From Nitrospirales bacterium (GTDB lineage: Bacteria > Nitrospirota > Nitrospiria > Nitrospirales > UBA8639): a DNA stretch of 64,000 nt. Each line of letters opens with the position of its first letter. Positions within the stretch are counted from its first letter, which is position 1. The position numbers and the translations under genes are program-made. Of this stretch, positions 1 through 14,567 are shown piece after piece. Below the pieces are notes generated by a model, which saw only the letters and a list, made by a program, of their open reading frames with translations, was not told the origin of the DNA and searched no databases. The stretch spans positions 416,001 to 480,000 of the forward strand of contig CBDBCZ010000015.1 in the NCBI GenBank assembly GCA_965203295.1, in the 5' to 3' direction.

Positions 1-110
1 TTGGTATTGCCACAAATCATATACAAGTGAACCTACCAGTCTCTACTCCCCACCTAGCTTTTTTGCATAGAAACAGCTGAGTGGGGAGTATAGACTGGGT
101 ACAAAGTTAA

Positions 111-469
111 AGTGGTGTCCCACCCAATTGGACGTTTAATCTCAAAAATGGTAGGGACTATGAAGGTAAAAATGCAACCCAGTAATTTTCTCAATGAGTT
201 CTCGTCAATGAACACCTTTTTGAAACATACAGGGTAAATTTAACTTTCCAACTTTTTCCCTTGACCCCCCTCAGGAAGTACTAATTGTCATTGCATAGCA
301 CTCGTGGTTTTAGAGACTTTGGTGAAACTTTCAGGTGCATAGGGGGTAGACAAGCCGAGATATTGATGTCCCAAATTCATAAACAATAATGAAAAATTGA
401 CATTGATATCTTGGATTGTGTACAGAAATAAATGTTCAAAATAATATTATCTTTGGGTGGAACATCACC
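111..469. mobile_element. Kolobok-like non-autonomous DNA transposon (MITE)
   Basis: TTAA on both flanks (107-110, 470-473). Imperfect TIRs AGTGGTGTCCCACCCAA / rc GGTGATGTTCCACCCAA. RR..YY termini with a TTAA TSD fit Kolobok. Confidence 0.6.
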
Positions 470-565
470 TTAAGTGAACCCCACACCAGTCTTATTTATT
501 AATGTGGTAGCTAGTGGCAGTGTGTCCAACTGTGTGCATTTTGTGGTGTAAAGGGTGACTACATA

Positions 566-1300
<735 letters not shown>

Positions 1301-1301
1301 T

Positions 1302-1394
<93 letters not shown>

Positions 1395-2155
1395 CATGCA
1401 TGGAAGGAACAGCATTAAGTTGTATCCAAATACAAACAGGATAAGTGAAAACTGGATGAGTGACTAGTAACCATGAAATACTGGATACGGCAAAATAGTA
1501 TTAGTTATATGTATACATGTCAGTTGTATGGGTTAGCCAAGACCTACGGATAATATTGGCATTATACGTATTGTTCAAGACTTTCTCAGTGTCTTGGATT
1601 AGTAAACATAAGTGCCTATATACGTAAGTACTGCATAATTATGGAAATGGATGACATTGCCTGTGGAAGCGCTCACTTTTTTGGCAGTTAATTCATTATT
1701 AGTCCAAGACATGAGCTTGTGAAGCTTGAAAGTGGAAATCATGTGGATTCATTGGAAACAATTTGGTAATCACCAGTAGAATCCCAGAAGAATTACTGGT
1801 CATTCTACATGTACTTGTCATTTATCCACAGACATATAAGTGAGATACAAGGAACACTTAATTAGCTGCACAAAATATCACTCAACTGTGTACATAGAAA
1901 TCAAGGCCCAAACTCATGAAGTATGCATGGCCCCTGAAGTACTGTAAGGGTAGGCGTATATCATAGTCAGGGTGAACACACGGCAAATTGGCTGGCCCAT
2001 ACAAGTACGTATGAGTTTCCATGATATAGATTCATTTCAGAATGATTCTTATATACAAAAATTGAAAGTAATACACAAAGTGGAAACAACATCAAAGTAG
2101 TTAAGCAATGCATATAAAATATTGTGTAAATGACAAAGTGGCCGACTAAGGTAAT

Positions 2156-4027
2156 TTAGTCAAGTTTCATGACTACATGAGCCATTTGTGACATTGTGCT
2201 GCCACCATCATTGGACACTTTGCATGTGTATAGACCTTCGTCCTCATCGGTGAAGCAGTGGATAGTGTAGGTTGACTGGACCTCTTTGTTTAGGGAGAGT
2301 CCATTGAAGTACCACAGGTAACTGAGTTCTCCAGACCCAGTGGCTACACAGCTCAGAGTTAGGGGGTCCCCGAGTTCAATCTCTTGTGGCTGGGGGTGCA
2401 CTGAGATCACTGGTTTATCTGTCACTACTGGTGCTGTGAGTGGGAGGGAGAGAAATCAATGATAGTTTAATTCTGGTAACATGTAAACCGTAATGACTTA
2501 TTTACATCTGCAGCACAATAATTACCAAGCGAGATAACTCGTACCCAGGCCTCCCGGCGGGAGGCCTGGGTACGAGAGGAGAGAAGCAAAGCAACCAATC
2601 GTGTTGTATAGACTCCATGTGTGCAGGTTGATGTGTAGTAACACTACAGGAATGTAATTACAGCCTGCCAGAGGACAAAGAGACTATTTAAGAGAGCATA
2701 CTGTAGACTCGGGTTATTAAGCACATGCACTTATGAGTCTGAGCAGCAAAGAAATATGCGCTTAACAAAAAGTGTGCGCTTATAAAATAGCGATTTCTAG
2801 CACCGCCCATTAGTCCCACCCACCTTTCGCAACTCGTTCTATGGCTAGCTAGCTATCATGGCAAGGGGGGAAGATGCAATCCTGATTCACGAAAGCATCA
2901 TTCAAGGGCACCACGTGTACAAAATCGTCTTGGTGTTCAACGATTGGACGTCTGGTACAAATTATTGTCATGATAGTGGTTGACAACAGTCAGCTTGAAC
3001 TCTCTTGCATAGCTTTTCCTCTTAGCCTTTCCCGATCTGTTCGAGAGAAGGATAGAAGCACCAGCAGCCGTAGCCATCATGAGAATCTCCAGTGAAACAC
3101 TCGGTAATACTTAGCACATTGCAATCTCGATCTCGTGCTGAGAGAGCCCAAAGTTTAAAGTTTAATCGGGTGCATGCATGCGCTTAGTAGCGAGTAGCAA
3201 ATATCAGGAGGGAAGTATGCGCTTATAAAAAGTTGTGCGCTTATAAAATAAGGTGCGCTTAATTTTAATAACCCGAGTCTACGGTACAGTAGAGTTGAGA
3301 GCATGTACTGCAGTGGAGTTGCCTGCAGAGAGGCAGCAGTGATTTACGGAGGCAACATGTGTAGCAACCTAGAAGTAGTGGTAGCGATCTATGGGGGTTC
3401 ACCGGCAGTGAGTAAGGCTGATTCGGCAGCATCAGACACTGATGGCCGCCATTCTCAAATAACTACATGCACTCCCCCATTTTAATTGGAAAGGAAGTGT
3501 GTGTGTATGCAAGTGTTGACTCTTCTAGATCTACATGTATAGGTATTGCTTCCCATGAGGCTTCCACATGGAATACCATAATAGCTTACATGATGCTGAC
3601 GCCTGAGTGGTAGAAGCATTTGCTGACGTAGGTGGAGCAGATGATGGCACCGGCTGTCCACAAGGCTCATCCTCGTCCTCTGGTTCTCCTCGGCCCCAGT
3701 AGCCCATTCTTCCATACTGACCCCAGCGGTCTGGGGCACGTACCAGGGGACCCTGGCCATTGCTAATGGAGACTCTAGCAACTTGGGAATCCGTTGAGCC
3801 AGCACAATTAGTGACCCTACAGTAGTAGTCACCTCCATCGCTGTCAATGACTGAGTGGATAAGCAGCTCACGGCTCTCACGGCCATTAATCAGCTCATTG
3901 CTTCGGTACCATTGGAATTTTGTTGAAGAGTCAGGGTTCTCGACATCAACGAAGAGGCGAAGTGGCTGTCCATACACTACTGTAGAGCTGTAAGGCTGGA
4001 CTGATATTCTGGGCTTGGAAATATGCT
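2156..4027 (-). CDS. Ig (I-set) domain protein, last two exons (4027-3590, 2433-2156); 5' exons not confidently located
   Basis: Two Ig domains: ...KPRISVQP...FQWYRSNELING...DGGDYYCRVTN and KPVISVHPQ...LTLSCVATGSGELSYLWYFNG...DEGLYTCKVSN. Canonical AG/GT sites with a matching phase-1 junction (T|CA = Ser). Stop at 2156-2158. No TM segment in the part seen. Confidence 0.85.
2701..3284 (+). mobile_element. TA-flanked TIR element (pogo/Tc1-like termini) with truncated HIRAN-like coding fragment
   Basis: TIR CTGTAGACTCGGGTTATTAA / rc CCGTAGACTCGGGTTATTAA; TA at 2699-2700 and 3285-3286. Internal peptide MARGEDAILIHESIIQGHHVYKIV (~2857-2930). Lies in the Ig-gene intron. Confidence 0.75.
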
Positions 4028-5230
4028 CTATGGATAGAGAAAAAAGGACACATTATGGGTGGGATGTGTGGTACAATTTCAAAGTATGTGAATAATTCTA
4101 ACAGAAGCTACCTTTCGTGGTTTTGTGAAGATGAAGCAACAAGATTGCTAGCCTCATTCCCAGGCTACAAAAGGAGTGGCCTAGTAGACACTGTTTACAT
4201 GTAACATAATGTACATGTAAAATTGCACACACATGACAAGCACAGATGAATAGGCGAACCAACCAGGTAACCTTGCTCAACTTTCAGCCAAACAGAAACA
4301 GCAAGACTTCATCGATTTAACAAATTCACTTGGTAGCTTAGCATGAGTGTATTCTTCCATGCATGCGAACTGGTAAGTATACGGTAACAAATGAAATAAC
4401 GAGCATATAGGGTACATGTAGCTGTATTACGCTTGAATCACTGCACTTCAGGGAGGTTGGAACTCTTAACTCTCAAGTTCAGAGAAGCACACACATAGCT
4501 ACAGTACCATAAAGCTAAATTTCAAGTAATTGTTCATCAGAAAAGAATGCAGGACATTCTTATCAGTACTTTTTAGCATAGATAAATAATTGGCTGTAGA
4601 TAAACACAAAATTGTCAGACTTTAGTGCACTGTACCTACGTACAGTGCTGCTAGTTTCTTCAAATGTGGGCTTGAAGGGGAGGGTGCCTTTTCTGGCATA
4701 GAAATTAATTTTGTCAGAAGATGCAGCAGCAATTTAATATTAAACTCATGCAGAATGTGAAATACGCACCAATAGCTGTAGTCCAAATGCTAAATGCTCA
4801 GACATTTGCCTCATCTGTACATGCACTGTGTTTCCTGGAACAATGCATGTAGAAGGAGTGTTGGAGCCTACATGATTACCAAATTCCTCCAAATTAGTTT
4901 GTTTCTATTACTTACACATTTTATGTCACCCAGGCAGCATGAAACAGGATTAGTTCTCTGTAGGTATAGTGCATGAAGGTTTACAACCACTCAGTCATGA
5001 CATGTAGACTGCTTTCACTTACGTAAATTGTTTTTAGACCACTCCTGGGCCGTACTTACTACACTTCTCTAAGGTGTCCACTAGTAGGACACAACTGTGG
5101 CTCTGACACAATCTGTTGTGATGTAACAGTACAACTTCAGCTGTGTATTTTCAGACTCGGCATAATGCAGTAGCACTATTCTTCAAGATACATGGCTGTT
5201 TTCTATATACATGAACTTTACTCCATGCAG

Positions 5231-5735
5231 ACATTGATGAATGCGAAAGAGACACAGATAACTGCAGCGTAAATGCAAACTGCTCAGACACTAAAAGAAG
5301 CTTCAACTATACATGTGTCACCGGATATGAAGGGGATAGAGTGAATTGCACAAGTAAACCCAATTTCAGTTAGAGCTTTTACTAAATATCAACAATTTAT
5401 CCCACAATTCCAGTGTATATTGCCTGAAACCATTGTCACATTTGCACTTACTGAGTTCAGTATGAAATTACTGTAGTCATTTCTTTTCTATGCAGATATC
5501 AATGAATGTGATAGGGGCTCTCATGACTGATGCTAAAGCAGACTGCACTGACACCAATGGGAGCTACTTATGCACCAGCAGAGTAGGATTCAGTGGCAAC
5601 GGCAACACATGCAGTAAGAAGTTCTAGTGTATTCATTGATCAAGTGCATCCATTGCATTTTCTCCCTCATGATCAATAGGTTGTACTGATGGTCAGCTGA
5701 TGTTAGCAAATGGCTCCAGCTCCACAGAAGGCCAC
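5231..5735 (+). pseudogene. Fragment of a cbEGF-cbEGF-SRCR extracellular protein gene (exons 5231-5353, 5496-5613, 5680-~5735)
   Basis: Phase-1 exons with AG/GT. Exon 1 reads DIDECERDTDNCSVNANCSDTKRSFNYTCVTGYEGDRVNCT (one Cys lost). Exon 2 reads DINECDRGSHD, frameshift, then AKADCTDTNGSYLCTSRVGFSGNGNTC. Exon 3 reads GCTDGQLMLANGSSSTEG (SRCR start) and then truncates. Confidence 0.8.
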
Positions 5736-7145
5736 CGCCGCTCACGCTCACTCTAAATTCGTATGGGCAGAGAACACAAGCACTATATAGGCTTAATTTT
5801 TTTCAACTGCCTGAAAATACATTAATGTCTTGCAAGGCATTGGACCAGCAGAGATCTAGCTTCTCCTGCATGGACTCCTCTTTCTCTCCTCTCTCCACTG
5901 TTAACAAATTTACATATACCCTTTGTGCTAATAGTCATAGTAATTGAATTGGTAAACATTTATACAAATCTAGATTGCAACTTTAACTCTGTCATCATTG
6001 TAGCTACTTTCCCTCTTCCGGTTTTCTATGTTATTTTATTTATTGATTTGTGACTCCTAGTTTTAGGCCGGGCATTCTTGTGTATGCGTGTCACGAAAAT
6101 AAAATATTCTATTCTATAGTCATCAAACAGTACCTCCATAGGCTCAAGCAGATTGCAGTTTTATTAAACTATATTATGCTATAGTCTTACAGTGCGTACT
6201 TCTAATTGTGCTCAACAAACTGTCGAACCAGCATTAAGTATATACAAGCGCGCGACAGCATACGGCATGCGCAGTTGCGCACATACAATAGTGTCTGCAT
6301 CAAGGGTAGAATGCACAGCTGGGGATTGAACCCATGAACCTTTTCAAAAACACAATGAGGTACTAGAACCCATGAGTAGTACCCAGCTTTACACTAGCCT
6401 TGTGCCCAGGCTCTTGCGGTGCCTGGGTGCTAGGCTATATCTAAACCTGCTTGTATCACACATACAAACGGGACTGCCAGTAAAGTGTACAGCTTACCCA
6501 TAGTATACATTGGCAGACAGAGTACACATTTTCCATCCGCCTAGTTATTCTGCATTAGCGCTTCAACAGATTGGCCATGGTTATAACACTTTATTGGCTT
6601 TGGCTTCACCTGAGCAGCCAATAAATCGCTTATCATTAATCGCTTTCACCTTGTGCTTAAACACACCTGCCAGTAGGAACTAGCCAACTTTCTTGCTATT
6701 ATGCTCATAATCATGCTCATAATCGCCTTTCTTGCTATTATGCTCATAATCATGCTATTATGCTCATCAAGTATCAGCAAAGGCACATCAAGTTGGAGCA
6801 TAGTCGCAGGGGAGTTAGAACATCAGAGCATAGCATATCAATGATTTTGAGCATAATCTCCACAAGCCTTAGCTGTATACAGTACTACATGTAGCAGTCC
6901 CTCTGACACGTATGTATGGCTGCCACAGTACAATATAGGCCTGCTAGAATAGCAGACCCTCCAAAATTTTGTGAAAACAGGAAGGGTGGCAGGGTAGAGC
7001 GCAGCTAGATAGGGCTCTGGCTCTTATATACTGAGAGGTTGCTTAAAGCACTTGTGGGTTTACAAGGCTACAATAATTGTTCATGAATATAATCATGCAA
7101 GTATGATCGCTTTTAGCTCTCTGCTCTAATGTTTTGTCTGTCCAG

Positions 7146-7245
7146 GAGTGGGCTAATATTCAGGGATGTGCTAATACTCAGGGGTGGGCTTATAATCAAG
7201 AGTGGGCTTATACTCAGTGTGGGCTTATACTCAAGGGTGGACTTA
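7146..7245. repeat. Short tandem repeat of ~15-16 bp unit (GTGGGCTTATACTCA)
   Basis: About six degenerate copies; resembles MITE subterminal repeats. Confidence 0.6.
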
Positions 7246-8889
7246 ATTATATGCTCTGGGTGGGTTAAAACAGGGAGAACAATGCCCTTTGGTGTTCTTA
7301 AAACATTGATATGGTACCAATTGCCATCAGAGGAACTTAGGCATGTACGTATGTGTAGCTAGAACTATACCTAATTACCTGGGAAGTACTGCAGTGCAGC
7401 GTGGCCTGTTATCTAGTCAGCTTCAGGACAGGATCATGTATCTTGCTTCTGTTGTGTAAAGACAGACAGCCATCACCTGTATACGACAAGGCGGTTGTAG
7501 AGATGACATCAAAGTACATCCAGTGCATTCTAGTTGAAAACCTAACAATTAGTGAACAAAAAGTGACATTCAGAGAAGAAAAAATACAAATGTTACTTAC
7601 GTACGTACGTACGTACACCACTTCGCACAGCTTGAACCCAGCATACATTCTGAACATGGACCAGTGCATGCTGTCTGTATCTTGTCCTACGGGGGAAAAT
7701 GTGGATATTCATGTGACAAGACAGAAATTATCCATTTACAGTACTGGACATCACCAATGCCATCCTATTCTGTGACCTGCGATAACAGGATTAGGTGAGT
7801 GCTGTGAGCAAGGCAGTCATACAGCTGTACATGAAGGGTGGTTTGTGCTGCTAGCCATTTGTGAGATGACGACATGCACTCATAATAATTTACATGAGTG
7901 TCCAGTATATGAAGGCCTGCTGGCTATATATGGCGATGGATATGGGAGGTATAATGTACGTCCTCAACCTCTGTACATTAATTTCCCATTTACCCAGTTT
8001 CTCTACTGTTTTGTGGCTAAAATCAACAATGTCAATTATTTAGTGAACAGAAAGTGACATTACGCAGAATGGTCAATTTGTGCAATCATAACTCATGCAA
8101 GATTAGTCATAATGTAAGAAATAAGGGGGGGGGGTCCTCACTACATAAAAACTTCATTCCTCCTGCCAAGTGAAGGTGTCACACCACTTAGCTGCTGGCT
8201 GCAAAAAGATCAGGTGGCTCTACATACAAGCCCATTCAGTCCCAATATGCATACAGCCAATATAGCTCAGAGGTGCAGTGTAATATGTAGCAGTATCTCT
8301 ACCTTGTCCTGCCACATGTGACGTTAGTAGTACACACTAGATCCAAATGCATCTCTTACTACATGTGTATCCATGCAACAATGCTACGTATCCTAGAAAG
8401 AGCAAATATGACATGAATACAACATGGGTATTCTTAACAGTGTTTCATACAAAGGGAGGGGGGGCGCAGTTGGATCTCCTCTCTCCCCTTCCCTTCAGAA
8501 TTTTAAAATTATGATGTCATATTTACTAATGACACTGATTTTGAATTCAAGTGTTGCATAGTTAGCTAGCAGCCAAAAGCCACCAGAATATAAATTTTTT
8601 GAGGGGCATGCCCCCAGACCCCCTAGAAGGGTGTGGTTTGCACATACCTAGGTAGGTAGCCTGTTTCACAAGGTGTACACGTAAGTGAAGGTTAGCTTCT
8701 AATGAGTGATTATTGCATACATTGACTATCCCTAAGCATTAAGTCTCCATCCCACAGCAAAAAGTCTTGTATGAAACTCTGCTTAAGAGTGACAATATGG
8801 CCAAGCTTAAAGATACACTGCCAAGTATAATGATAAAATTCAGCACAAGTAAAAAATGGTACAGCTAGTGCCCCAGAGCAAAAGAAAGT

Positions 8890-10150
8890 ACTCATGTTGT
8901 TGCCATAGTACTTGCGCCATTGACCACATGCACCACCATACGCAGTTGTATGATCTCCAGTCAGAGGACAAGAGCAAGAGCAAACAGACGTTTCACAGTC
9001 CTGATCACCATATAACTTATTCTTCCAAGTATCCCAAATTAAAACTCTTTACTAGTTTTAATAAAGCCTTAAAATCATACCTGTCCCAATTTTCCACCCT
9101 AACCTGTTAATTCTCTTAATTATTGAGTGCACTATACTTTTCAAAACTGCCCCACAACTGTCTAATATTTCCATGAAAGTATTTCTTATTGCAGCATACA
9201 CAGGACACTCCCAGAGCACATGTACTACACTCTCAAATTCATCCCCACATAACTTACACACTGCCTGTCATTTTTACCCCCATGTCTTCCTAACTCTTCA
9301 TTCAGACCTAAACTTAAACAGCAATCGTGTTCCTGGATCCACTGAGAGTAATTCTTGAATTTTATTTCCTTACAAAAAGACTTGGACAGACTCAGTTTAT
9401 TTAAGCCAACTTTAAAGTCTTTATATTCGCTCTCTATATCTCAACTCTTTATCTACTCTCTCTAAGAACAAATTTACATTGTTATTATTTCCTGTCTGTC
9501 TTGATTTCACTGTAGCAACAACTCACTGATTAGTTTCCTCCAAGTCTTCCTCTGCCTACCCCTACACAGATTCACTTCCCACTCAAGAGTCTAGTAATAA
9601 TCTAGGATATCTCTCATCAACCAAATATTATTATTGACACCACTTAAGTTTGCACTATTCCCTCCTGCCTTTTAAAGACTCTAACTTCATATCCCCTCTT
9701 ACTGCTTCATTGCACGTTTTAGAAGAGCAGCCAAGAATCTTTTCAGCTGATTAGATTCCAAGGAAGCTGTCTGTCGCTTATTACAGGCCTACACTTCATG
9801 ACCATCCCATGAACCATTATTAGCAAATTCAATGCCCAAGTAACTGTAACTTGCAACCCTTGGAATGTCTGCATTTATTACAAAAGCCCTGTACTACATT
9901 AATATTAATGTCTGTAAGTCCTCGGCATTTAGTAGTTAAACCTACAAAATCATCAGCAAACTTTAGACCCCCAACCTTAACATCCTTCTCCTTAATGCCA
10001 ATCCCAGCCTTCTCAACCTCATTTAACAACTGATTGATGAAAATGAAAAGAGAACTAGGCAAAATACTACAACCGTGTGCCACCCCTTGACCTATATTGA
10101 ATGGTTTGGATTTTTCTCCCTCCAGTAAAACAGCACTCATAAGAACCTTG
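8890..10150 (-). mobile_element. Degraded, 5'-truncated non-LTR retrotransposon (LINE) RT fragment
   Basis: GVAHGCSILP...VGGLKFADDFVG (RT motifs) and CKLCGDEFESVVHVLWECPVY (C-terminal zinc knuckle). Same family as 58740-62130. Confidence 0.85.
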
Positions 10151-10453
10151 CATACAAAAGGAAAGTTCTCTGAATACGGGAAAGTGAAGTTAACGTTTAA
10201 CTTAACTTTTGCCATGGGGAAGACTACAGCATCTGAGTAGTTGAAATATTGGCGGAATTTCGAAAGTTGGTACTCAGAGAATTTTCCTTTCTTAAGAGAG
10301 TAGATTTTAAAATAACGTTTACTTACATATTTTGCACTATCTCATAGGGAGTTTAGCTCTCAAAGTGGTATACATGTTCCCACAGCATGAAAGTCCAAGG
10401 CAAAAACACTTACAGCCATATAATTGTATTGTTGTGAAAAATACGTACAATTT

Positions 10454-10984
10454 AATTGGCTGAAAAGAGGAGAATTAGACCTCCTTTTTGTAGATGAACA
10501 CAGTAAACCTGATGTACCATGTTTGACTCAGCTTGGAAGAACAGACTCCAAGTGGCAAAAAGATTGTCAGAAAATGTTTAGAAATGTTTTGTCCGCAACT
10601 TGAGAGATTTTTTGAAAATAATAACACCTACATGTACATGTACGCTGAACAGTTGGTTGTGAAAATTGAAGTCGCCTATAAATTATTGTTAACTTTTGCC
10701 ATAACGATATTCCATCACTCTAAATGCAACAATGACAAAATCGAAATACGATACATTTCATTATGTGATGTTAACTATGTAACCTGAAATTTTCACCACC
10801 GACTGTTCAATAATATTATAGGTACTACTACATGATCTGCACCTTATAGTCTGATGTTTTGTCTGTAATTTTGATCCACTTGGAGTCTGCTCTTCAAAGG
10901 TGGGTCAAACATTGTACATCTGGTTTACTGTGTTCACCTACAGAAAGGAGGACTAACTCCCAACGCTTCTCTTTTCAGCCAATT
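10454..10984. mobile_element. Foldback/MITE-like long imperfect inverted repeat
   Basis: Left arm AATTGGCTGAAAAGAG...TGTAGATGAACACAGTAAACC...AGACTCCAAGTGG pairs with right arm CCACTTGGAGTCT...GGTTTACTGTGTTCACCTACA...CTCTTTTCAGCCAATT; pairing continues towards the centre. Confidence 0.7.
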
Positions 10985-13900
10985 ACCAATTTCAACAACT
11001 GGGTTGTAAATTCCTGTGGTTTACCTATCTAATTAAGACATTTGTGTGGGCAGATTTACTTATACCACTTTTAATAGAGAGATCAACTCCAAACCCTGTA
11101 GAAAATATACGGAACAGCGTATGTACATACGTATCTACTCTTGCTCTGGAGCATGCAGAAGGGGTGAAACTTACATCACTGTGATCTATAGGAGAGGGTA
11201 GGATCTTCCACTATGGTGAAAACATGGTTGTTGAAGACATTCATGACCTTCCCAATACCAAGGTCTTGGACTAGAGAGCTAAGAATTAGGGTTCAGGTCA
11301 TCGAGTGCCACTCCAGTGAAGTACAAGCCTCAGCATAACAACATTGCTCATATCACTCTCCAAATGCAACAGTGCACAAGCAAAGCACATCACAACTACA
11401 TGTACATCACAGCTATATGCCTATATGCATATGTACATGTACATAAATCTTGAAGACATTCAGAGTACAAGCCACCCTACAAGATGTCTGTCTTGCTCAT
11501 GGCATGTCACAAGCAAGGTAACACTTGACAGAGGTTCCAGTTTAGATAAAATGATCAGGGAGCTAAATCCAAAAGCTCAAAGCGGAGCGCCTGTATATGA
11601 GTATAGATCCAGAGTAGGTTACACTGTTCCTGCACTAGAATTAGGCTAGCTAAACTGCTGCTGCGTTCAAAAATTAAATGACACACCACAGCTAATCACA
11701 TGACAGCAAGCTACTGTGCCACCAGAGTTCATGCAAATACAACTGCGGCTACCAAAATTAATGCCTTGAGCTTTAGTTTCTGCTATTCTGTTAGTAGCAC
11801 ATCGTCTACTAATGTACTATCTATGCCTTACCCCAACATAGCTGCACAGCCTTGTCTCAGCTGCTCAGTGCACACTCATTCACTGACTGTAAACTAACAT
11901 AGTACTTTACGCTCCTCGACCTTCAGCCACTCCACTCCGAGTAAATATCCCCCAATGACATTACTGCATGACTGTCACTCACGGTTCTTGCCAACATCTA
12001 GACATATATAAGCCCAAAGAAATTGTCAGCAGTCTCAAGAAGCCACCAAAAGCGACATTAATTAGAGCACTTAAGATTCAAAGGGAATATGCAGCTAAAG
12101 TCTTTCCCACCTCAACCAAGTGACTCTGTATAAAGATCTGAATAGGGCTATACAAAGGACAAAAATAGCTTCTCACCATCACACTGGGGTATGTGGTAAA
12201 GTTAAGTTCTTGTTTTTCAGTTATTTTCTTTCCCTGATTCCTTGGCAAGCTAACAGAGTGAGATAATAGATCAACACTAGCAGAGTACTAGTATTAGAGT
12301 GGTAGTTATGTGCTTACACCATCGCCAGACTACGTATACTACAAGGGAGTGCTGATACGTATCTCAGTACAAAACTAGTGCAAATTATGTATAATAAATC
12401 TCAGCACAAACAGTCATAGAACCATCATGTAATATTTCCTATAAGCAGAGTGTCCAATATCCAAAATCACTGGACATTGCACTCGTCTTGCTTGATCTGG
12501 TTCATTCTTCAGACTCAGCCAAAAACAGTACAGACTCGTCCAATATCCAGTGATATGGGATGGCTGTCCTTCCAATAACATAATCTAGTACACATGTAGG
12601 CTCACATGGGAACTCACGGCTAGCTCAAGAATTCTCACTCGGCACATTTTCTGAATTGGCTAGCACAGGTATTCAAAATGATTTCATAGCTCAGTTGGTT
12701 CCTATGCTCAACAGGATAATATTATGACAGGAACACATGCTGGTAGAATAGCACAGCTCCAGTCTGCACAAACAACCTTACTGGAAAGGAATCTCCAATC
12801 TCAAAAGGGCTGTGATAGCTACTATACCCACGCAGTTCTGACGGAGTGACAGCACCAGTTGTTGTGATCTTGGCTTTGAAAGTATAACTATGTACTATAG
12901 TTCATATTTTCTGCAATGCATATTCTGTCATCTGATTGGTACAAGGAAAGCACACTTCAAAAGTCTCTCTCTCCTACATAGCTCCATGTACAACTAATAA
13001 AGATCGCCATATCATGGTATGGTGGGACTACTGAAGTTGTGGTAGCTGTGACAGGTGTTACATTGACAGAACAGAAACTGCATGCAATGTACATGTAGTT
13101 CATCATAATATGTATGTATGAAGACAAGCGTCTTAATTGGGCTAAGAGATTCATAACAGTGTCTGTATAGCAGCCACTCAGTATGTTCACTGATCTGAGG
13201 TACCACCCTGAACTTACAGCAGCAGTTTTATACAGGAAGTTTGAGCGTTCATCTCTTGCTTGCAATCAGATTAGGTTGTAAACTCTAAATGCCGTAACCT
13301 ATAGAATTTATTGTTACAGGGGGTACTTTGCTGATATTCAAATCTCCAAATCAAGTGGATGGCTATGTTGACGACATGAAAGTGAACACCCAATTAACAA
13401 AAATATGTACATAACCACACCCTCTACTAAATAATCCACAAAAATGCACTTTCAGGTTGTTTACTAAAATGAAAATTATCGGATCTGCTAGAGCCCCACC
13501 TACAGTATGACAATATTACGACTTGCAAGCCATTATGACGACTTTCACGAAGTCGCAATATTACGACAGTATGACAATATCACCAGTACCTACATAGGAG
13601 ACAGGCTAAAAATGTACGTTGGCTTTTTCACAAGAGTGTTTCAAACCCAGTTTTATAGCCCAGAATGCACCTAACCACCCCAAAATGCTCATTTTCGATA
13701 TCCTGCCTTTAAAAAAAATTATATGCATGTCCACTTCCGCCCGCCTAGCTGCCTAACAAACTTCAACCTACTCATAGCAAATCTATGTTAGCTTTTTTAT
13801 ACTCACCCCTCGGTTATTGAAAACCACCCATCAAAGCACTTCCTATAAATCTTTACAAATTTTCACACAGCTAGCTAACCACAGCTCACTATGCAAATGG

Positions 13901-14567
13901 ACGGATCCGGACCGGAAAGGTCAAAACTGTAGCCTACATAAGATGAGCAACAGCCTGTCAGCATATCCGTCTGTCTGGCTGACTCATAGGCACTTCAGCA
14001 GCCAAACAAACTTTGTGGAACACACCAGCTGACTCTTCAGCCATGATTAGCCTATATATGCTTCTCACCACTATATATACATGGTCCTATTTTTAAAAAA
14101 ATTGAAAGGTAACATTACTAATGAATACTCAACCACATCAAAGTGTCAATATCACACAGCAAAGAGCTGTTATCCACATCAAAGTGACACATCCCTCCAG
14201 TTGATTCCGGTTGCCACCATGGGAAACATAAACATATAAATTAGTACCATGTGAATGACATCTTTCATTATTTATTCATGAGAAGAACCACGCAAAGCGG
14301 TGCCACCTTAACCTCATGCCTCAGCTAATGCAATGCCATGTGTAATACCAAAAATTCCAATTACTCACAGTCCACATTTAATTGTTCACAATCTATGAGT
14401 GTGTTCTCTTGTACAAAAGGATCATTGAAAAGTAGGCTCTTATAACAGTTAGCCTAAAAAGTACTTAATTGTGCTCCAAACAAAGAGGAGATTTGAGGTT
14501 ACAAGCACTTTGCCATAAAGTACAAAGTATCAGGGACATGCTTTTGAAGCGGTTTCTCAATTTTTTT

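Noticed and set aside
5023..5095. Possible upstream exon of the Ig gene (GTAAGT donor)
   Set aside because: The required frame hits a stop and there is no convincing acceptor.
7401..7775. 124-aa ORF
   Set aside because: No recognisable motif or consistent exon chain.
12782..12894. Possible minus-strand exon HSYTFKAKITTTGAVTPSELRGYSSYHSPFEIGDSFP with GTAAGG donor
   Set aside because: No recognisable domain, and it could not be phase-linked to the Ig exons.
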